DNA of 64,000 nt, from sequence record MN794232.1; one strand, written 5' to 3'. Each line of letters opens with the position of its first letter. The first letter of the stretch is position 1. Below are positions 27,112 through 35,937 of this stretch, one piece after another. Position numbers and translations under genes: made by a program. The notes under the pieces were generated by a model. The model was not told the origin of the DNA and ran no database searches. It saw only the letters and a list, made by a program, of their open reading frames with translations.

Positions 27112-27371
27112 TTATGAAAGCCGAAGAAGCACGAGCACGCAGCATCAAAGTAATGGAAGAGAAATTTCCAGTTGACGATCTAGAACATCTAGATGAGCGC
27201 ATTGCACAAGCAACCGACGAAATGCGTTTTGGTATCAATATTCGAATTCGCGACGAAATGCCAGGTATCAATAGCCACAGTCTGAAACGACTATTGATTG
27301 AATATCTGCGTTTGCACAATTACAACGCATTTTATGTTGATGACATCTTGGAGATTCGATGGCAAATTTAA
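27108..27371 (+). CDS. Hypothetical protein, paralog family A
   Basis: MKAEEARAR...HNYNAFYVDDILEIRW; shares 19 identical nt with ORF 25979. Confidence 0.7.
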   Translation: MIMKAEEARARSIKVMEEKFPVDDLEHLDERIAQATDEMRFGINIRIRDEMPGINSHSLKRLLIEYLRLHNYNAFYVDDILEIRWQI

Positions 27372-28087
27372 AGGTTTATTACTGTAGTGACATTCATAAT
27401 GATTATCACGACGAAAACGCGCTAGAACGCATCACGGGCGACAAAGACGCTGTATTGGTAGTAGCGGGTGACATTAACAGCAAAGGGCGAACAGTGCGCG
27501 ACTTAGAAGCTGTCGCAGACCGTTGGCGTGCTGTTATCGCAGTGCCGGGAAATCACGATTGGTGGGGTCTTGCGATTCACGAGCGACACAAATTTGAAAC
27601 TTCGGTTGACAATGTTCACGTATTGCTTGAAGATACAGTTCAGATTGACGACGTGACATTCTGCGGGACTACGCTGTGGCACGAAGTCAATGACTGGTTT
27701 GAAGGTCAACGCTGGAAAGAAAACATGAACGACCGTCGTAAGATTCGCGGTCCTCAATGGCGACCTTTGTATGGTGAAGATGTTCACGCGCTTCATTGCC
27801 AATCAGTAAAATTTATCGAGAAATGTCGCGAGATTGAAGGTAAGAAAGTGTTAATAACACATCACGCCCCGTCTCTGAAGAGCATTTCATCTTACTATGC
27901 GTACTCAAGTACGAATAGTTTTTATTGCACTGACCTTGAGCATTTGCTTGAAGGGTTCAACTTTGCAATTCACGGTCATGTTCATCAAGAATTTGACTAT
28001 CACGTAAACGGCTGTAATGTACTGTGTAACCCACGTGCATACGGCTCAGAAAACCCGGATTACGGGCTTAGGATTTTCGACATATGA
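27359..28087 (+). CDS. Calcineurin-like metallophosphoesterase
   Basis: SDIHND, AGDI, PGNHD, THHAPS, HGHVH, CNPRAY. Confidence 0.88.
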   Translation: MANLKVYYCSDIHNDYHDENALERITGDKDAVLVVAGDINSKGRTVRDLEAVADRWRAVIAVPGNHDWWGLAIHERHKFETSVDNVHVLLEDTVQIDDVTFCGTTLWHEVNDWFEGQRWKENMNDRRKIRGPQWRPLYGEDVHALHCQSVKFIEKCREIEGKKVLITHHAPSLKSISSYYAYSSTNSFYCTDLEHLLEGFNFAIHGHVHQEFDYHVNGCNVLCNPRAYGSENPDYGLRIFDI

Positions 28088-28272
28088 CTTTTTTTCTTGG
28101 TTACTTACTAATCGGTGCTTTGCTTACTATTGCTATCAACCCTCAATTGAGTAAGCACTTTAAGCAAATGGGTGGCGAAAGCATCATTCTTATGAATGTA
28201 GCATCGGTAGTACTATCGCCGTTATTCGTAGTTATCCTGCTGATTAAAAAGCTGTTTGGTAAACTAAAATAA
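28084..28272 (+). CDS. Small membrane protein
   Basis: Two hydrophobic segments. Confidence 0.6.
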   Translation: MTFFLGYLLIGALLTIAINPQLSKHFKQMGGESIILMNVASVVLSPLFVVILLIKKLFGKLK

Positions 28273-28275
28273 CGT

Positions 28276-28283
28276 ATTAAATA
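28276..28283 (+). promoter_or_regulatory. Late promoter candidate ATTAAATA
   Basis: Intergenic, 34 nt upstream of ATG 28318. Confidence 0.45.
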
Positions 28284-28317
28284 CGTGCGTCTAATAATAA
28301 CGTAAAAGGTAATACAA

Positions 28318-28563
28318 ATGACGCACGATTTGAATATGCTTCTTGAGCAGTACAACCTCGCGAATTACGATTGCGACGGTGATTTTGAAGACTATTACTG
28401 GTCGGTGGCAGAATGGATTGGTCAGACTGTCTTTAGTCACGGTACAATTCGTAAACACGATATTCTTGAACTGCTTTGCGATTTACTTGAAATATCTGAA
28501 GACCAAATCAACGTAGATGACGTTGACGATTTTCTAACCGAAGTTTATGAGGTGATTGAATAA
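28318..28563 (+). CDS. Acidic hypothetical protein
   Basis: 81 aa, RBS AAGGT. Confidence 0.7.
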   Translation: MTHDLNMLLEQYNLANYDCDGDFEDYYWSVAEWIGQTVFSHGTIRKHDILELLCDLLEISEDQINVDDVDDFLTEVYEVIE

Positions 28564-28598
28564 TGAAGAAAATTCATCGTAAGGAGCTGTTTCACTGA
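28563..28598 (+). CDS. 11-aa mini-ORF MKKIHRKELFH (candidate coupling peptide)
   Basis: TAATG overlap with upstream stop; runs through the left arm of hairpin 28586-28621. Confidence 0.35.
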   Translation: MKKIHRKELFH

Positions 28599-28623
28599 GT
28601 AATTTAACTCGGAGAAACAGCAA

Positions 28624-29136
28624 ATGACTGAAGTCAAAAAATACAAAGGCGTAAAAGAAAACGAACTACCAATCTACAACTCTCGTGAAATGCGCTACAG
28701 GTACATTTACAAGGTAGATGAAGGTTCATGGGTTCCAGAGTGGGCTAGAACATATGTTCGTTACGAACGTTTCTGGACGATGCGTCTAGAAGTCGGGTTT
28801 TACATTGCCGACGAAGCAAGTCGCAAGCTAGATCTGATTCGCAAAGCCGAACGTCTGGCATCATACAAAGGTAACTACGTTTTCCGTTACACGCCAGTGC
28901 CACATACAGGTGGCTACAAGAACTGGGTATCAACCATTCGAGGGAAGGGGTTGATGTCTGAGATCCATCACAATAAGATTTGCAAAGACGAAATTGAGCC
29001 AGAATACGGTAATGTCGTACGCAAAAAGCGTGATAAACTAGTGCGCTGTCTTAGAGATTGGGATGGTCTAGAGTCGTATCATTCACAACAACGCGGTTGG
29101 AAACGTTCTAAGAAGCGTAAGCAGTGGATGAAATAA
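28624..29136 (+). CDS. Basic hypothetical protein
   Basis: 170 aa; YTPVPHTG and RGWKRSKKRKQW motifs. Confidence 0.75.
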   Translation: MTEVKKYKGVKENELPIYNSREMRYRYIYKVDEGSWVPEWARTYVRYERFWTMRLEVGFYIADEASRKLDLIRKAERLASYKGNYVFRYTPVPHTGGYKNWVSTIRGKGLMSEIHHNKICKDEIEPEYGNVVRKKRDKLVRCLRDWDGLESYHSQQRGWKRSKKRKQWMK

Positions 29137-29141
29137 TGAAG

Positions 29142-29177
29142 AAAAGGGTTGCAATTCGCAGCCCTTTTTAGTATCAT
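29142..29177 (+). promoter_or_regulatory. Fused terminator/early-promoter cassette
   Basis: AAAAGGGTTGC-AATTC-GCAGCCCTTTTT; TTGCAA-17nt-TATCAT. Confidence 0.8.
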
Positions 29178-29205
29178 ACAGTAGATTCACATTGAGAGAT
29201 ATATT

Positions 29206-29802
29206 ATGACTGATAAGAAACAAAAACCAACTCTAATTTTTGACGTAGATGGTGTTCTAATTGATTGGGCAAGCCAGCTACCGTTATTCTGCAAACGCTG
29301 CGGAATCGACCCTGTTCGTGCGCTGAAGCATTTCACAGCGAAAGAACACGTTGACGTACGCGACCTATTCGGCGTTGAACAACGCTCAATTGCATTCGAT
29401 TTGCTTGAGAAATACAATCTCGAACATGGCAAATACATGACTGCTTTCCCAGATGCGGTCGAGCACGTACACAAAATCGCCAAAGAGTACAATCTAGTCG
29501 CATTGACTAAATTCGGTGACACTACAGATCACTGGCTAGTTCGCAAGTTCAATCTTGAGACGTTCTTCCCTGGGTGTTTCAGTGAGTTGATCACAATTCG
29601 CGGTGATGAGAGTAAAGTCGGGTATGTTGCTGCATTACAAGCAGATCATAATGTAGTTGGTTTTATCGACGACCAGCTTGAGAATATTCAAGCAATCGGT
29701 CGAGCAACGAATCTCAAAACGATTCACCTAAACCGCTACGATGAACGCGCTGATGTTCATCACATGTCGAAGCTATTAGACTTTCTTCACGAAAAAGTTT
29801 AA
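29206..29802 (+). CDS. 30.2: HAD-family phosphatase (T4 30.2-like)
   Basis: LIFDVDGVLIDWASQLP, GFIDDQLEN. Confidence 0.75.
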   Translation: MTDKKQKPTLIFDVDGVLIDWASQLPLFCKRCGIDPVRALKHFTAKEHVDVRDLFGVEQRSIAFDLLEKYNLEHGKYMTAFPDAVEHVHKIAKEYNLVALTKFGDTTDHWLVRKFNLETFFPGCFSELITIRGDESKVGYVAALQADHNVVGFIDDQLENIQAIGRATNLKTIHLNRYDERADVHHMSKLLDFLHEKV

Positions 29803-29826
29803 TACAGCAATAACTCATCGTATAAT
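29797..29826 (+). promoter_or_regulatory. Class II promoter for the ligase operon
   Basis: GTTTAAT, TTTAAT-17nt-TATAAT. Confidence 0.75.
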
Positions 29827-29848
29827 AAAGCTCCGTTTGGGGCTTTTT
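29827..29848 (+). terminator. Terminator overlapping the predicted transcription start
   Basis: AAAGCTCC-GTTT-GGGGCTTT-TTT. Confidence 0.6.
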
Positions 29849-29859
29849 TGGATTCGAAG

Positions 29860-30159
29860 ATGATTAAACGAGCTTATATTATTCACGCAGATAGCGCACT
29901 TGCAAAACGCGCAGTCGCGCTTGACAAACGAGAAGCAAAAGGTAAACCGTTCTTCACTAGTAAAGAAGAGTGGGAAGCTGAACTGCAAACGGATTGGCAA
30001 GAATGGAACAAGGAAGCATGTGATTACATCGTTCACATATACGGCGATCATATCGCTGGAAAAACATTCTTAGTTACAATTCAAGACGGCAACGTATATT
30101 TTGAGGAAAATGATGTTTGCTATACTAATGAAAAGCAACCAAGAAGTGGCGATTATTGA
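29860..30159 (+). CDS. Hypothetical protein
   Basis: 99 aa from ATG 29860. Confidence 0.65.
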   Translation: MIKRAYIIHADSALAKRAVALDKREAKGKPFFTSKEEWEAELQTDWQEWNKEACDYIVHIYGDHIAGKTFLVTIQDGNVYFEENDVCYTNEKQPRSGDY

Positions 30160-30331
30160 TCTCGGTGATGTTACAATGCCTGCATTGTACATGAAAGAAG
30201 ATGACGCGCTTCGAGTGTTGTACAAAAATGATTTACACGACCGTTGCTTTGTTGCACGTGTTCGTCCTGAAATTTATATAGAGGGTCCAGATGATTCTAC
30301 CGATTCTAAACAAACTAGCAGCAACGACTAA
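30128..30331 (+). CDS. Hypothetical protein
   Basis: 67 aa from ATG 30128, RBS GAGG nearby. Confidence 0.55.
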   Translation: MKSNQEVAIIDLGDVTMPALYMKEDDALRVLYKNDLHDRCFVARVRPEIYIEGPDDSTDSKQTSSND

Positions 30332-31634
30332 ACGTACTGAAAAAGAGAAGATCTTGAAGTCTGAAGCAAGCAACGAATTGCTGAAGCGAGTCTTCCAACT
30401 TGCGTACACGCCAACATATCAGTACAACATGAAAAAACTGCCTGAAGTTTGTCATGAAACTGCTGCTCTACACGTCGATTGCTATCTTCCACTTGAAGAA
30501 GCACTTGAGCACGTGTTTGATGCGCTAGTGACTAAACAAACTCGCGGTCAAGCTGCTCAGACTGTTGTCTCTAACATCTTGAAGCAAGTAACTGCTGATG
30601 ATGCTGAGGTGATTCGTCGTGTGATTCTACGAGATTTGCGCACTGGTTGTACTGGCAGCACTGCCAACAAAGTGTGGAAGAAACTGATTCCTGAGCAGCC
30701 ACAAATGCTTGCAAGTGCGCATAACGAAAAGCTAATCGACGCGATTCTGACTAAAATCGCATACGCTGAACTAAAAGCAGACGGCGCACGCTGTTTTGCT
30801 CACGTTGACCTTGACGGTAATATTACGCTGACATCGAGAAACGGCAAACCGTATCTTGGCTTACAGAAAGTCGAGAAAGCATTGACTGCAATGGGCGTGA
30901 ATGGCTTTGTAATTGACGGTGAGCTTGTCTATGCACCGAATGGTCTCCACGCAGTTGAAGACCGTTCAACTGGTAACGGCATCGTTAACAAAGCAAGCAA
31001 AGGCACGATTTCTCTAAAAGAGCAAGCTGACATCATCTTCCAAGTATGGGACATCATCCCAGAAGATGTGTACTTCGGCAAGTCAAACGAACTCAACATG
31101 GCGTACAGCAAGCGTAAGCGTGTTTTAGCAGATGTTGCGCTTAAAGCAAAGGGTGTCATTGAGCCGATTCCGTGGCAAACAGTTTCGACTAAAGAACAAG
31201 CGTCTGAAATCTACAATCAGTACGTTGCTCAGGGTCTAGAAGGCATCATCTTGAAAGATCCAGATGCGCTTTGGGAAAACAAGCGAAGCAAATCACTTGT
31301 GAAGTACAAAGAAGTGCATGACGGTGATCTTGAGATCATTGAAGTCATCGAAGGCGACAAGAAGAACAAAGGCAAGATGGGTGCTCTTCTATTGCGTTCA
31401 GCTTGCGGTAAGTTGATTACTAAAGTTGGTAGCGGATTCACTGACAAAGATCGCGAAGAAATCTGGGAACGTCGTGATGAAGTTATCGGCATGATTGTCG
31501 AAATCAACTACAACGCGATTACTCGCGCACGAAACAAAGACACATGGTCGTGTTTCTTGCCAATTTTCGTGCAATTCCGCGACGACAAAGACGTTGCGAA
31601 CACGCTTGAAGAAATGAGCGGGTTCAAGGGTTAA
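30291..31634 (+). CDS. 30: ATP-dependent DNA ligase gp30
   Basis: ELKADGAR (KxDG), IDGEL, EGIILKD, WENKRS, KVGSGF, CFLPIF. Confidence 0.96.
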   Translation: MILPILNKLAATTKRTEKEKILKSEASNELLKRVFQLAYTPTYQYNMKKLPEVCHETAALHVDCYLPLEEALEHVFDALVTKQTRGQAAQTVVSNILKQVTADDAEVIRRVILRDLRTGCTGSTANKVWKKLIPEQPQMLASAHNEKLIDAILTKIAYAELKADGARCFAHVDLDGNITLTSRNGKPYLGLQKVEKALTAMGVNGFVIDGELVYAPNGLHAVEDRSTGNGIVNKASKGTISLKEQADIIFQVWDIIPEDVYFGKSNELNMAYSKRKRVLADVALKAKGVIEPIPWQTVSTKEQASEIYNQYVAQGLEGIILKDPDALWENKRSKSLVKYKEVHDGDLEIIEVIEGDKKNKGKMGALLLRSACGKLITKVGSGFTDKDREEIWERRDEVIGMIVEINYNAITRARNKDTWSCFLPIFVQFRDDKDVANTLEEMSGFKG

Positions 31635-31635
31635 T

Positions 31636-31659
31636 AAAAGGGGCTTTCGCCCCTTTTTT
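31636..31659 (+). terminator. Intrinsic terminator
   Basis: AAAAGGGGC-TTTC-GCCCCTTTT-TT. Confidence 0.85.
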
Positions 31660-31661
31660 CG

Positions 31662-31669
31662 TATAAATA
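31662..31669 (+). promoter_or_regulatory. Late promoter TATAAATA
   Basis: Exact T4 late consensus directly after a terminator, 21 nt before ATG 31691. Confidence 0.85.
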
Positions 31670-31690
31670 CTTTCATTTAGAGAGAAAGCT

Positions 31691-32572
31691 ATGATTATAT
31701 TCGAAGACATTAATCCGCTTTGTGAAGCATTTGACCGCCCAGCACCTTATAAATGGGATTCTATGTACAACGAAGCTCGATTTACGGTTGGGAACGTGCA
31801 GTATGTCGCGTTTATCAAAGATAATGACACAGCAAGAGGTTTAAGTCTGTATGTGGCATTCCAGCGTCGTGATAACGCAACTGGTCAATGGACTCACTCA
31901 CTTGCTAAAGGCTCGCCGAAAGACGCAATGACGGTATTGAGCACAATACTGGCAGCAACATTTGACAAGGCATCAAAAGTTGAACCGAATGAAATTACAT
32001 TCAGTGCATTTCGTGACGCAGATGACGAAGACGCAAATAAGCGTTTTAGACTGTACAAGCGTATGGCTGAGCGATACGCAAAGCAAATGAATTACACAGT
32101 TCATATCACTGGTAATAGCTTCACACTAACAAACAACAATCCACCTAAGATCAGACGACTCCACAATGACGGCATTCACAAAGAAGATGGACTTACATAC
32201 GTAAATTTCCCTGCTTGTAATGCCTTTACATGGGCGAAGATTTTCTGGCTGGACAATGACGGCGATTACATCAAACTTACATTACCGCACGGTCGTATTC
32301 ACATTGTGAAAAAATCAAGTGACGTAATTGAAATCGAAGCAATTACACCGAAAGGTCGTTTTGACAATCTAGATTCAGATGAGATTTGGATGTCGATGTT
32401 ATCTGATATTAAAGTGAAAGCTAGAGGCGGAAGCACATTTACTATATCAGAGAAAGGCGCGATTTTAGATGCGGGTGATATGATTTTGTGTGAGCAAGGT
32501 ACGTTTTATTACCTAAGTTCTGAAGATGATTTCAAAGAAATCTGGGGATATGAAATCGACTCAATTGAATAA
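31691..32572 (+). CDS. Late hypothetical protein; N-domain shared with ORF 58271
   Basis: MIIFEDINPLCE start; ARF..G...F...A..V.S.(I/V)L...P.E..FSA...R..LY pattern. Confidence 0.8.
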   Translation: MIIFEDINPLCEAFDRPAPYKWDSMYNEARFTVGNVQYVAFIKDNDTARGLSLYVAFQRRDNATGQWTHSLAKGSPKDAMTVLSTILAATFDKASKVEPNEITFSAFRDADDEDANKRFRLYKRMAERYAKQMNYTVHITGNSFTLTNNNPPKIRRLHNDGIHKEDGLTYVNFPACNAFTWAKIFWLDNDGDYIKLTLPHGRIHIVKKSSDVIEIEAITPKGRFDNLDSDEIWMSMLSDIKVKARGGSTFTISEKGAILDAGDMILCEQGTFYYLSSEDDFKEIWGYEIDSIE

Positions 32573-32600
32573 AAAAAGGGAGCAAATTGCTCCCTTTTTT
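32571..32600. terminator. Bidirectional terminator between convergent genes
   Basis: A7-GGGAGC-AAATT-GCTCCC-T6. Confidence 0.9.
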
Positions 32601-32602
32601 GA

Positions 32603-34267
32603 TCATGGTGTCAGAGGACTACGTTCTTTCACTTTGCGGTCTTCGTCGATTTCAATATCAACAACTCGCATGAAGTTAGCGACTTCGGTTAGCTCATGTA
32701 AACGGTCTTGCTTTTTGTAAGCAGACAGAACACCGATTTTCGCTGAATTGTCTTTGACTTTCAAGCGAATCACCGCATCGAACTCGGACAATTGAACCAC
32801 GTCGGCTTCGAACATCGTATTACGGTTGATGATGAAATCACAATCGCCTTTCTTCCCGTATTTGCCTGGTGCTAGAACAGGTAACCCGTCAGACTCAATA
32901 ACAAACACAACGTTCAGTTTTCTGTCAGATTCGAGCATATCACGCATAATTGATTTGCTATTCTTGCTCGTCGCGTTGACGATTGTTTTCGCGCTAGATT
33001 CAACAAAGTCACATGCAACAAATGGATCAGTTGATGATGTGATGAACGCAGTTGAAACGAACGCGCCAGATTCAAGAATCGAGCCGACACGTTTGCTAGA
33101 CATTTCACAACCACGATATAGCGTAACGCCATTCGACACCTTACCAGCTTCATAGAAAGCTCGGTCTAAGCGAGAAATTGCATCCCTAACCTTTTCATCA
33201 CCGGTGCCGTGAACTAACTCTTCATTGACCTTCCACGAATAACGAGACGCAGAATAGCGAGAAATTGCAGCTTGAGTAAGAGAAGATAGACCAGCATATG
33301 AATCTTCTTGCATCATTTGCAACGATAATTGGTCATATTGCTTCTCAAACGCACGTGAGCGGGCTTTTAACAGTGCGCCGCATACTTCGCTAATCAAGTG
33401 AGCTTTAACGCCCTCAGAGCGTGCTGAAGCGATATATGGGTTCATTCGTTCTGCTACATCAACAAGGTCTATGTTCATATCAACAATTGCTTGAGCAGCG
33501 TTAGCCAATTTCGTTAGACCGTCAGTTGCTGCCGCTTCTGTTAATTGCTGCTTGATAGATGCACTGACCCGCGCTTCCATTTGTGGCATTTGCAGAATTT
33601 GATTCGGGACGCGAACGGCAGGGTTTTCTTCTACCCATTGACCTAGAACATCATCTTCATAATCATCATAGCCAACATCGGCAGTCACGATGATTGTTTT
33701 CTTGCTTGAAATGTCAGTCTCTTTCGCCATTTTAGCAGCAAGAATATTGATTGTTTCTTCGGTTGCTTCGACCAGTTTATCAGCGTCATAGCCAGGTTTC
33801 GTGATCACGAAGAAGCTGAAATCTTCAGCCATTTCATTATCACCGACGTTCATGATTTTAGTCGTTTCGCAGCCGTATCGAAGTTTCTTGAACAGCGTTT
33901 TAACACGCATGTCGAACATTTTACCGCTGCCGATCTTTTGAATACGCATAGACACAGCGTTGGCGCGTGTTTTCAACATGAAACTTTGGATCAATTTAAC
34001 CAATGTTTCTTGAAACTTTTCTTGGTCTCCCATGTCACGAATGGTTAATCCGCCTTTTTTGCCTCGCATTGCTGAGACAGTACAGAACCACGAACGTTTT
34101 CCGCGATTTCCGATGTTTGATTTTGTTTTAGTTGTGAACGAAACTACAACGTCACGAGCTTCTCCTTTCATATCGATCACAAAGAATTTGTTTTCTTTGG
34201 TCGAGCGAGCCGGATAGTAGTCGTACGTTGCGCTCATGTTTTCAGTTAATTGTTGAAATCCAATCAT
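32603..34267 (-). CDS. alt: Alt-like ADP-ribosyltransferase (internal head protein)
   Basis: AISRYSASRY..VNEEL, ISRLDRAFYEAG, VTLYRG, AFITSST, VLAPG...DCDFIINRN mirror the T4 Alt ART domain; N-terminal L-T-E; opposite strand as in T4. Confidence 0.8.
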   Translation of the reverse strand: MIGFQQLTENMSATYDYYPARSTKENKFFVIDMKGEARDVVVSFTTKTKSNIGNRGKRSWFCTVSAMRGKKGGLTIRDMGDQEKFQETLVKLIQSFMLKTRANAVSMRIQKIGSGKMFDMRVKTLFKKLRYGCETTKIMNVGDNEMAEDFSFFVITKPGYDADKLVEATEETINILAAKMAKETDISSKKTIIVTADVGYDDYEDDVLGQWVEENPAVRVPNQILQMPQMEARVSASIKQQLTEAAATDGLTKLANAAQAIVDMNIDLVDVAERMNPYIASARSEGVKAHLISEVCGALLKARSRAFEKQYDQLSLQMMQEDSYAGLSSLTQAAISRYSASRYSWKVNEELVHGTGDEKVRDAISRLDRAFYEAGKVSNGVTLYRGCEMSSKRVGSILESGAFVSTAFITSSTDPFVACDFVESSAKTIVNATSKNSKSIMRDMLESDRKLNVVFVIESDGLPVLAPGKYGKKGDCDFIINRNTMFEADVVQLSEFDAVIRLKVKDNSAKIGVLSAYKKQDRLHELTEVANFMRVVDIEIDEDRKVKERSPLTP

Positions 34268-34299
34268 TTTATAGACTCACCCTTTAGAAAATATATGAG

Positions 34300-34307
34300 T
34301 ATTTATG
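34300..34307 (-). promoter_or_regulatory. Late promoter candidate CATAAATA for alt
   Basis: About 33 nt upstream of the minus-strand ATG; RBS GGGTGAG. Confidence 0.65.
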
Positions 34308-34357
34308 ATGCACATAACACCCGTTGAAAATATTTTAAACTTTTTCGCAAAAAAAGG

Positions 34358-34387
34358 TTGCACAACGATAATGTTATCTCCTATGAT
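34358..34387 (+). promoter_or_regulatory. Class I early promoter
   Basis: AAAAAGG-TTGCAC-18nt-TATGAT, then CATCAAAACGA...GAGAGAACAATTATG. Confidence 0.8.
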
Positions 34388-34427
34388 TACTTCATCAAAA
34401 CGAATTAACAAAAAAGAGAGAACAATT

Positions 34428-34931
34428 ATGAATGCACAATCAATGACTAACGCTCAAATCGCTGAACTATTCGACATGACAGTTGACGCAAACGGTTTTC
34501 AAGCAGTTGATGCGAAAGGTCGTCGTCATTACCTGACCGACTTACGTCAAAAAGCAATGAAAGCTGCTAAGACGAAGAAAGCACGTAAAGTACGCGCTGA
34601 AGCACAACCTAAAGCAACTGCCGAAGAACTACTTGCAGAACTACAAAGCGAGTCGTCAGATTTCTGGGAAATTCGCGAATCTCAGCCAGGGATGGACTCT
34701 GAAGAACACGGTCTGAACGTGTACGTGACTGCTGGTCTGCCTGATCGTCACCGCGTAATGATTCGCTCAAGTGTTTTAACAAACAAAGAGCTGGATCGTG
34801 AACTCGGCTACCTGAATCCATCAAAGCAGAAAGAAGAACAGCGTCGCAAAAAATCGACAATTATTTTCTCAAACCGTTCAGCGAAAGAAATCGTTGAAAT
34901 CATTGAAAAAGTGAAGTCAATTAGTGAATAA
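34428..34931 (+). CDS. Hypothetical early protein (start corrected to 34428)
   Basis: ATG after conserved leader. Confidence 0.8.
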   Translation: MNAQSMTNAQIAELFDMTVDANGFQAVDAKGRRHYLTDLRQKAMKAAKTKKARKVRAEAQPKATAEELLAELQSESSDFWEIRESQPGMDSEEHGLNVYVTAGLPDRHRVMIRSSVLTNKELDRELGYLNPSKQKEEQRRKKSTIIFSNRSAKEIVEIIEKVKSISE

Positions 34932-34959
34932 TGTGAAATAAATCACGAAAAAGTAGTTT

Positions 34960-34995
34960 TCGGGTATTGACAATAACACATCAATACCCGATAAT
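34960..34995 (+). promoter_or_regulatory. Class I early promoter with 11-bp palindrome over the -35/spacer
   Basis: TCGGGTATTGA-10nt-TCAATACCCGA; TTGACA-17nt-GATAAT; conserved leader. Confidence 0.7.
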
Positions 34996-35039
34996 AAACA
35001 CATCAAGACGAGATACGAACTACTTAAAGAGAGAACATT

Positions 35040-35876
35040 ATGACAATCACTAAAGCAGAAATGAAAGCAATCGCACTTGATCTAATGAGCGGTAACAATC
35101 TAATGCAACGCGATTTGATTGCTGAAGGTTGGTCTTTCGAATTCTCAACTCGCAAAGCTGCACTTGGTGACTGTAACTACCGTACTAAAGTACTACGTCT
35201 TTCTGAAGTGTACTTGAATGCTCGTACTAAAGAAGAGCAAATCAACACAATCACTCACGAAATGGCTCACGCAATCGCGTACACTGATTTCAACGAACGT
35301 GGTCACGGTGCTATCTGGAAGCGTGTGCATCGTCAACTAGGAGGTACTGCTGAACGTTGTTCAACTGTTTCAAACCCTGAAGCCGTAGACAGCAAGTACG
35401 TTGTTTTCTTCGAAAACGCTCAGGGTGAACTAGAAGTAGTTCAAAAAATGGATCGCATGACTAAGCGTTTTCAACCAGTACACATCAAGTCTCTATACTT
35501 GAAAGGTCGCAAAGCTGAAACTGAAGGTCAACTTCGTTGTGTTTCTTCAGCGACGTTCAAAGCTATCAAAGCTGATTTAGAAGCTAAGAAAGCTGATAAC
35601 GCTGAAGCAGCAAAGACAGTTGAGCCAGTAGCTGTACCAGCACCTAAAGCTGAAAAGAAAGCTGAAGCGCCTAAGCCAGCTAAGAAAGTTTCAGCACGTG
35701 GTCAAGCTGCTCGTGACGCAATCGCAGAAATCGTGATGACTACTACTCACAAAGGTTGTAAGTCAGTATCTTTCGAACAGCGTGGTAAATACAAAGACTG
35801 GTACATCATGATTGAACTAGAAGCTCACACAATCGAACAGCGTCTAGATACTTTCAAAAAGAAACACAGTTTGTAA
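35040..35876 (+). CDS. SprT-like zinc metalloprotease
   Basis: KAALGDC, TITHEMAHA, HGAIWK...GG. Confidence 0.85.
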   Translation: MTITKAEMKAIALDLMSGNNLMQRDLIAEGWSFEFSTRKAALGDCNYRTKVLRLSEVYLNARTKEEQINTITHEMAHAIAYTDFNERGHGAIWKRVHRQLGGTAERCSTVSNPEAVDSKYVVFFENAQGELEVVQKMDRMTKRFQPVHIKSLYLKGRKAETEGQLRCVSSATFKAIKADLEAKKADNAEAAKTVEPVAVPAPKAEKKAEAPKPAKKVSARGQAARDAIAEIVMTTTHKGCKSVSFEQRGKYKDWYIMIELEAHTIEQRLDTFKKKHSL

Positions 35877-35886
35877 TATCTCAATT

Positions 35887-35907
35887 AGCCCCGAAAGGGG
35901 CTTTTTT
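35887..35907 (+). terminator. Intrinsic terminator with GAAA loop
   Basis: AGCCCC-GAAA-GGGGCT-T5. Confidence 0.9.
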
Positions 35908-35937
35908 AGGTTTGAGGCGGAAAAATTCCGTCTCATC

